Positions 58,144 to 64,000 of a DNA stretch of 64,000 nucleotides are shown here, in pieces (position 1 is the first letter of the stretch; each line of letters starts with the position of its first letter). A program made the position numbers and the translations under genes. This stretch comes from Flavobacteriales bacterium (GTDB lineage Bacteria; Bacteroidota; Bacteroidia; Flavobacteriales_F; PHOS-HE28). Below the pieces are notes generated by a model. That model worked only from the letters and a program-made list of their open reading frames with translations. It was not told the origin of the DNA and ran no database searches. The stretch covers positions 107,945-171,944 of the forward strand of contig JAWKNI010000005.1 in the NCBI GenBank assembly GCA_041391785.1, in the 5' to 3' direction.

Positions 58144-59967
58144 ATGAACATGGAACGAACCTTACTACTTTCCTTCGGCGCTGCGATCGCATTCAATGCA
58201 CTCGCACAACTCCCACCGGATCGACCAGCCCCGCTCGCCGCGCACATGCAGGAGGTGAATGCTGAGTGGGACCACCACCTCGGCGCGTTGGATGCGACGA
58301 ACGGGCCGATCCGATTCAACAGTGAAGCCGAGCGCATCGCGATGCACCTGCACCTCGTGCGCAAGGAACTTTCCACCAAAGCCGGTGAAGGGATATCGGC
58401 CGAACAGCTTGCCCGGCGCAACACGCTCCTGGAGGCACTGGAACGGTATGCGGACAACGGCACCTTCCCACAGAACCATGTCCTGCCCTATCGCAATCCG
58501 ATCTTCATCGACCCCAATGGGACCGCTTGTGCGGTGGGTCATTTGATGATCACCAGCGGTGCGGGGGAACTGGCAGCACGTATCGACGCGGACATGGAGA
58601 CCGCCTATATCCGGGAAATGAAATGGCCGGAGATCGGTGCGTGGGCCGTCTCACACGGATTCACCGGGGATGAACTGGCCTGGATACAGCCGGGGTATAC
58701 ACCACCGATCCCTTGGGTATCGCTTGGAGGAGGAACGAACGGACCTGTGCTTGTGGTGAAGGAACTGGACAACGGAGAAGTGATGATCGCCGGATCCTTC
58801 ACGGAGGCCGGCGGCGTTGCCGTGAACAACGTGGCGCTGTGGGGCGCCAATGGCTATACTGCAATGGGGGCCGGCTTCAACGGAACGGCGACCTGTGCGC
58901 TGGTGGACGGAGACGATGTGTACGTCGGTGGAAGCTTCCTGAACGGCGTCAGCGACCTGGCCCGTTGGGATGGAGCGCAATGGACGTTCAGCACGGTGTT
59001 CGACAGCAAATCGCCCAAGATCAACGCGCTGTGCATGCACAATGGAACCTTGTATGCGGCCGGTGAACTGGTCGGCTTCGCCGGTGTGGATGACATTGTG
59101 CAACGCTTCACCGGATCCACCTGGGAACCGGTGGGTGGCATCTTCAACAACACCATCCTTGCCCTTGCCTCGCACGATGGGTCCCTTGTTGCAGGCGGTC
59201 TTTTCACCGGTCCTGACGATGTGACCGACCCCTTGTTCGACCACGTCGCCGTGCTGGAGGGCGATTCCTGGGCACAATTGGGCGATGGTCTGGATGCCCC
59301 TGTGCGGACGTTGCTGGATGTGAACGGTACGCTTTACGCCGGCGGCGACCTCTATGCGAACATCGTGGTGACCTTCGGACTGGCGCGGTTGGGATCCGGC
59401 TCGATGACGTGGGAGAACGTGCTGCCCAACCATGCGGATTACATGCCCACCGGTCTCGGGCCCACCTGGATCGGATCCCTTGTGTCGCACGGCGGTGCGC
59501 TGTATGTGGGCGGCTCATTCTTCTACGAGCAGTTCCTGGTGTATGGACGCAATATCGCGCGCTTCGATGGGACCTTGGACGGGCTGGAATCCTTCGGTTC
59601 TTTCTTCGGTGATGTGCGCTCGATGGCCATGAACGAGGATGCATTGGTGGCCGGAGGCGAATTCAGCGAGGGCATACCGTACGTTGCGACGACATCCCTG
59701 AGCACAGGGGTCGACGATCATGAATGGTCGGCAATGTCGCTCTCACCGAACCCGGCCACGCACGTGCTCACCATTGTACCGGCCACGCCGCTCACATCCG
59801 GAGCGAGCCTGGAGGTGTTCGATGACCTGGGCCGCAGGGTAAGCACGCCCATGAGCCGCAGCGGCACGAGCGTCCAGTTGGATGTGCGCCAGCTCCCGGC
59901 CGGCCCGTACGTCGTTCGCATGCGCGATGGACGGCAGCAGGCCACTGGCCGTTTCGTACGTCAATAA
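58144..59967 (+). CDS. T9SS type-A C-terminal sorting domain protein (secreted cargo), 607 aa
   Basis: Signal peptide; repetitive GG..Y.GG.F blocks; C-terminus ...LSPNPATHVLTIVPA...LEVFDDLGRRV...LPAGPYVVRMRDGRQQATGRFVRQ. Confidence 0.65.
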   Translation: MNMERTLLLSFGAAIAFNALAQLPPDRPAPLAAHMQEVNAEWDHHLGALDATNGPIRFNSEAERIAMHLHLVRKELSTKAGEGISAEQLARRNTLLEALERYADNGTFPQNHVLPYRNPIFIDPNGTACAVGHLMITSGAGELAARIDADMETAYIREMKWPEIGAWAVSHGFTGDELAWIQPGYTPPIPWVSLGGGTNGPVLVVKELDNGEVMIAGSFTEAGGVAVNNVALWGANGYTAMGAGFNGTATCALVDGDDVYVGGSFLNGVSDLARWDGAQWTFSTVFDSKSPKINALCMHNGTLYAAGELVGFAGVDDIVQRFTGSTWEPVGGIFNNTILALASHDGSLVAGGLFTGPDDVTDPLFDHVAVLEGDSWAQLGDGLDAPVRTLLDVNGTLYAGGDLYANIVVTFGLARLGSGSMTWENVLPNHADYMPTGLGPTWIGSLVSHGGALYVGGSFFYEQFLVYGRNIARFDGTLDGLESFGSFFGDVRSMAMNEDALVAGGEFSEGIPYVATTSLSTGVDDHEWSAMSLSPNPATHVLTIVPATPLTSGASLEVFDDLGRRVSTPMSRSGTSVQLDVRQLPAGPYVVRMRDGRQQATGRFVRQ

Positions 59968-59992
59968 GGGAACGCTCGCAATGCCCCGTCCA

Positions 59993-60586
59993 TCATTCTT
60001 GGGCGGGGCGTTGCCTTTGTCGCCTCCAGCGCAAGAAGCCCACCACCGCCAGCACGATGTAGACCACCATCAGGAGCACATAGCCATTGAAGCCGATGAG
60101 GTGGTTGTAGAAGACGGCCACAATGTCGCCCACGGTCCAGTAGATCCAATTCTCCAACACTTTGCGGCTCATCAGCCAGGTGGCGATCAGCGCGAATGCC
60201 GTGATGAAGGCTTCCATCCACAGGTGTTCACCCTCAAGGTCCATGGCCTTCATCGCCCCGAAGAGTACTGCCGTTGCGACCCCTCCCACTACGATGGCCA
60301 GGGCGTGCTCGCCAGATCCCATCGTGCGGATGCGTTCCGCTACCTCGACCCTGCCCCAGGTCCACCATCCATACAGGCCCATGGCCGCGTAGAATCCGTT
60401 CAGCGCACCCATCAACCAGGCCTGTGCCCCTGCGTACAGCACCACCCCGATCATCGAGGCCACGAAACCGAACAACCAACCCGCGCGCACTTCACGACCG
60501 ATGAGGTAGGTGAAGAGGATGTTGCCGGCCACGGAGGTCCATTCCAGACCGATGGCCAGTGCGGGCGACAAGGCGACCTCCATCAC
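59993..60586 (-). CDS. PnuC-family (nicotinamide riboside / vitamin) transporter
   Basis: ...LFGFVASMIGVVLYAGAQAW...ENWIYWTVGDIVAVFYNHLIGFNGYVLLMVVY matches PnuC fold signature (W..GD..); substrate unassigned (NR/riboflavin/thiamine). Confidence 0.7.
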   Translation of the reverse strand: MMEVALSPALAIGLEWTSVAGNILFTYLIGREVRAGWLFGFVASMIGVVLYAGAQAWLMGALNGFYAAMGLYGWWTWGRVEVAERIRTMGSGEHALAIVVGGVATAVLFGAMKAMDLEGEHLWMEAFITAFALIATWLMSRKVLENWIYWTVGDIVAVFYNHLIGFNGYVLLMVVYIVLAVVGFLRWRRQRQRPAQE

Positions 60587-61185
60587 ATCCCGCAGTTGCA
60601 GGGCTGCGAGAAATAGATCTTCGCCCGTGGCAGCAATTCCTGGATCCGGTCCATCTCCGGCTGGTCGAATTGGATCGCCCGCAGGTCCATGTACTTGAGC
60701 GCCTCCATGCCTTCGATCTCCTCAGGGAATTCCGCAAGGTCGTTGCTCCAGAGGTCCAGCGACACCAGTTCCTGAAGGCGCCCCATGCAGGGCGGCAGGC
60801 CGGTCAGTCGGTTGCGGCTCATGTCCAGCCGCTTCAGGTGCACCAATTCACAAATGGCCACCGGGAAGTCCGTCAATCGGTTGCGCGCCAACCGCAGTTC
60901 CTGGAGGTTCGTGAGCGCACCCAACCACGCCGGCACCTCCTTCAACTTGTTGCCAGCAAGGTCCAGTGCATTGAGGTTCGTAAGCTGCTTCAGGCTTTCG
61001 GGCAGCACCTTCATGCGGCTACCGCTCAGGTCGAGACGATATACCTGCTCCGGATGCTCCAGTGCCTTGGACAGGTCGCGGTAGGTGCGCATGGAGTCCA
61101 ATGCCACCGCATCGAGCAATTGGGCCATCGCCGGTCGCAGGTGAACGACCAGCAGGGAGAGTATCAGTATGCGCAGCTTCATCAC
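60583..61185 (-). CDS. Secreted leucine-rich-repeat (LRR) protein
   Basis: Signal peptide then ~6 LxxLxLxxNxL repeats (LDLSGSRMKVLPESLKQLTNLNALDLAGNKLKEVP...). Confidence 0.7.
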   Translation of the reverse strand: MMKLRILILSLLVVHLRPAMAQLLDAVALDSMRTYRDLSKALEHPEQVYRLDLSGSRMKVLPESLKQLTNLNALDLAGNKLKEVPAWLGALTNLQELRLARNRLTDFPVAICELVHLKRLDMSRNRLTGLPPCMGRLQELVSLDLWSNDLAEFPEEIEGMEALKYMDLRAIQFDQPEMDRIQELLPRAKIYFSQPCNCGM

Positions 61186-62120
61186 AGGTTCGCCAATCGT
61201 TGCTCGGTGGTCATCCGGTCGCGTTCCATTTGCGCGATCAATCCGTTCATGTCCTCGAAATGCATGTCACCCCGTATCCGGTCGATACAACGCACGGTAA
61301 GGCTCTCTCCGTACAAGGCACGGTCCACACCGAACAGGTTCACCTCGATGGAGCGACTTCCGTCCGCGGTGGCGACGGAGGGTCGCCGGCCGATGTACAT
61401 CATCCCCTTGCACGCTATTCCCGCCCCTTCCACCAGCACGGCATAGATCCCATCCGCCGGCACCAGCTTATGCGGATCGATCAATGCGAGGTTGGCGGTC
61501 GGGAAGCCCAACTCGCGACCGAGGCCTTCACCTTTCACGACGACACCGCTGAGTGAATAGCGGTATCCCAGCAATTCATTCGCTGTACGCAGGTCGCCAT
61601 CCACCAGCGCATGCCGGATCTTGGTGCTGCTCACCCGGATATGGTCCACTTCCTGTGCCGGTATCTCCTCCACGTTGAAATCATATGCATGACCCAATTC
61701 CTGCAGCAGACGGAGATCACCCTCGCGATCACGCCCGAACCGATGGTCATAACCGATGACGACCGCGCGCACCCCGATGGCGCCCACCAGCACCTCACGC
61801 ACGTAATCGGTGGCCCGCATCCGCGAGAAATCCCTTGAGAAGGGGATCACCAACAGGTGGTCCAGACCGGCCTCCTCGAGCAGCCGCACCTTCTCCTGTT
61901 GTGTGCACAAAAGCTTCAGGTCACTATCCCCCGAAAAGAGCACCATGCGCGGATGCGGATGGAAGGTGAACAGGACGCTTTCGCCCTCCTCCTTCCGCGC
62001 GGTCCCTGTCAATCGGTCCAGGATGGTGCGGTGGCCGCGATGCACGCCGTCGAAGGTGCCCGTGGTGAGCACCGGACGGTGAACGGTCCTTATGGAAGCA
62101 AGGTCGGTGTGGACACGCAT
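61182..62120 (-). CDS. ribF: Bifunctional riboflavin kinase / FMN adenylyltransferase
   Basis: ...TTGTFDGVHRGH... adenylyltransferase motif and C-terminal riboflavin kinase (GFPTANL, ...EVNLFG...); start ATG 62120. Confidence 0.85.
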   Translation of the reverse strand: MRVHTDLASIRTVHRPVLTTGTFDGVHRGHRTILDRLTGTARKEEGESVLFTFHPHPRMVLFSGDSDLKLLCTQQEKVRLLEEAGLDHLLVIPFSRDFSRMRATDYVREVLVGAIGVRAVVIGYDHRFGRDREGDLRLLQELGHAYDFNVEEIPAQEVDHIRVSSTKIRHALVDGDLRTANELLGYRYSLSGVVVKGEGLGRELGFPTANLALIDPHKLVPADGIYAVLVEGAGIACKGMMYIGRRPSVATADGSRSIEVNLFGVDRALYGESLTVRCIDRIRGDMHFEDMNGLIAQMERDRMTTEQRLANL

Positions 62121-62155
62121 GGAAAGGACAAAGGTGGCATGCGCGACCGACGTAG

Positions 62156-63814
<1,659 letters not shown>

Positions 63815-63870
63815 CCACGTGGGAGTGTGCGCCCGCCCGGATGCACATGATCACGTGACCACTTGACCAC

Positions 63871-64000
63871 ATGAGAGTTGAGATCATCACCCCGGACCAG
63901 GAGCTCTTCAAGGGCGAGGCCAGCTTCGTATCCGTGCCCGGCGTGGACGGCAGCATGGGCTTCCTGAACGACCATGCCCCGCTGATCACCGTACTGAAGG
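63871..64000 (+). CDS. atpC: F0F1 ATP synthase subunit epsilon, 5' portion (truncated by window end)
   Basis: ATG 63871: MRVEIITPDQELFKGEASFVSVPGVDGSMGFLNDHAPLITVLK matches AtpC N-terminus; follows atpD. Confidence 0.75.
   Translation, partial: MRVEIITPDQELFKGEASFVSVPGVDGSMGFLNDHAPLITVLK

Overview
High-GC (~63-65%) chromosomal window, most likely from a Bacteroidota/Rhodothermota-type organism. This placement rests on numerous T9SS C-terminal sorting domains, a four-helix-bundle (23S rRNA IVS-type) gene, SusC-like TonB-dependent receptors with CarboxypepD_reg N-termini, and the conserved tig-clpP-clpX order.

Housekeeping genes: thyA-folA (ATGA-overlapped), tig-clpP-clpX, tRNA-Leu(TAG), ruvC, HIT-greA, ahcY, ribF, and atpD-atpC. 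These are interleaved with transporters (NSS, NupC, ClC, SSS, PnuC-family) and a 7-gene TetR-TolC-HlyD-ABC-ABC-ABC2-ABC2 efflux operon in which every junction overlaps by 4 nt. Other genes: a LytS/LytTR two-component system, a TPR adenylate cyclase, a GT2 plus flippase-like pair, and six genes for T9SS-CTD cargo proteins.

Most notable findings:
- An oversized (1253 aa) TonB-dependent receptor is translationally coupled (ATGA) to a 1370-aa T9SS cargo protein, which is followed 27 bp later by a FadL-like (PorP/SprF- or PorV-like) outer-membrane barrel gene.
- The second TonB-dependent receptor in the window sits behind a clear TPP riboswitch and is likewise followed directly by a T9SS-CTD cargo gene. 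This suggests a recurrent 'TBDR + T9SS-anchored surface partner' module.
- A ~600-bp inverted-repeat-flanked MITE-like unit carries a four-helix-bundle protein gene.
- A ~650-bp low-GC in-frame mosaic segment lies inside a PIG-L family gene.
- An unannotated 47-codon NSS small-subunit-like ORF overlaps the NSS transporter stop.
- A DUF3127 protein ends in an SSB-like acidic tail (DDDDLPF).
- A ribF-LRR-pnuC operon is coupled by 4-nt overlaps.

No CRISPR array, transposase, integrase or obvious defence-gene island was seen. Many long antisense ORFs in the track are high-GC artefacts.
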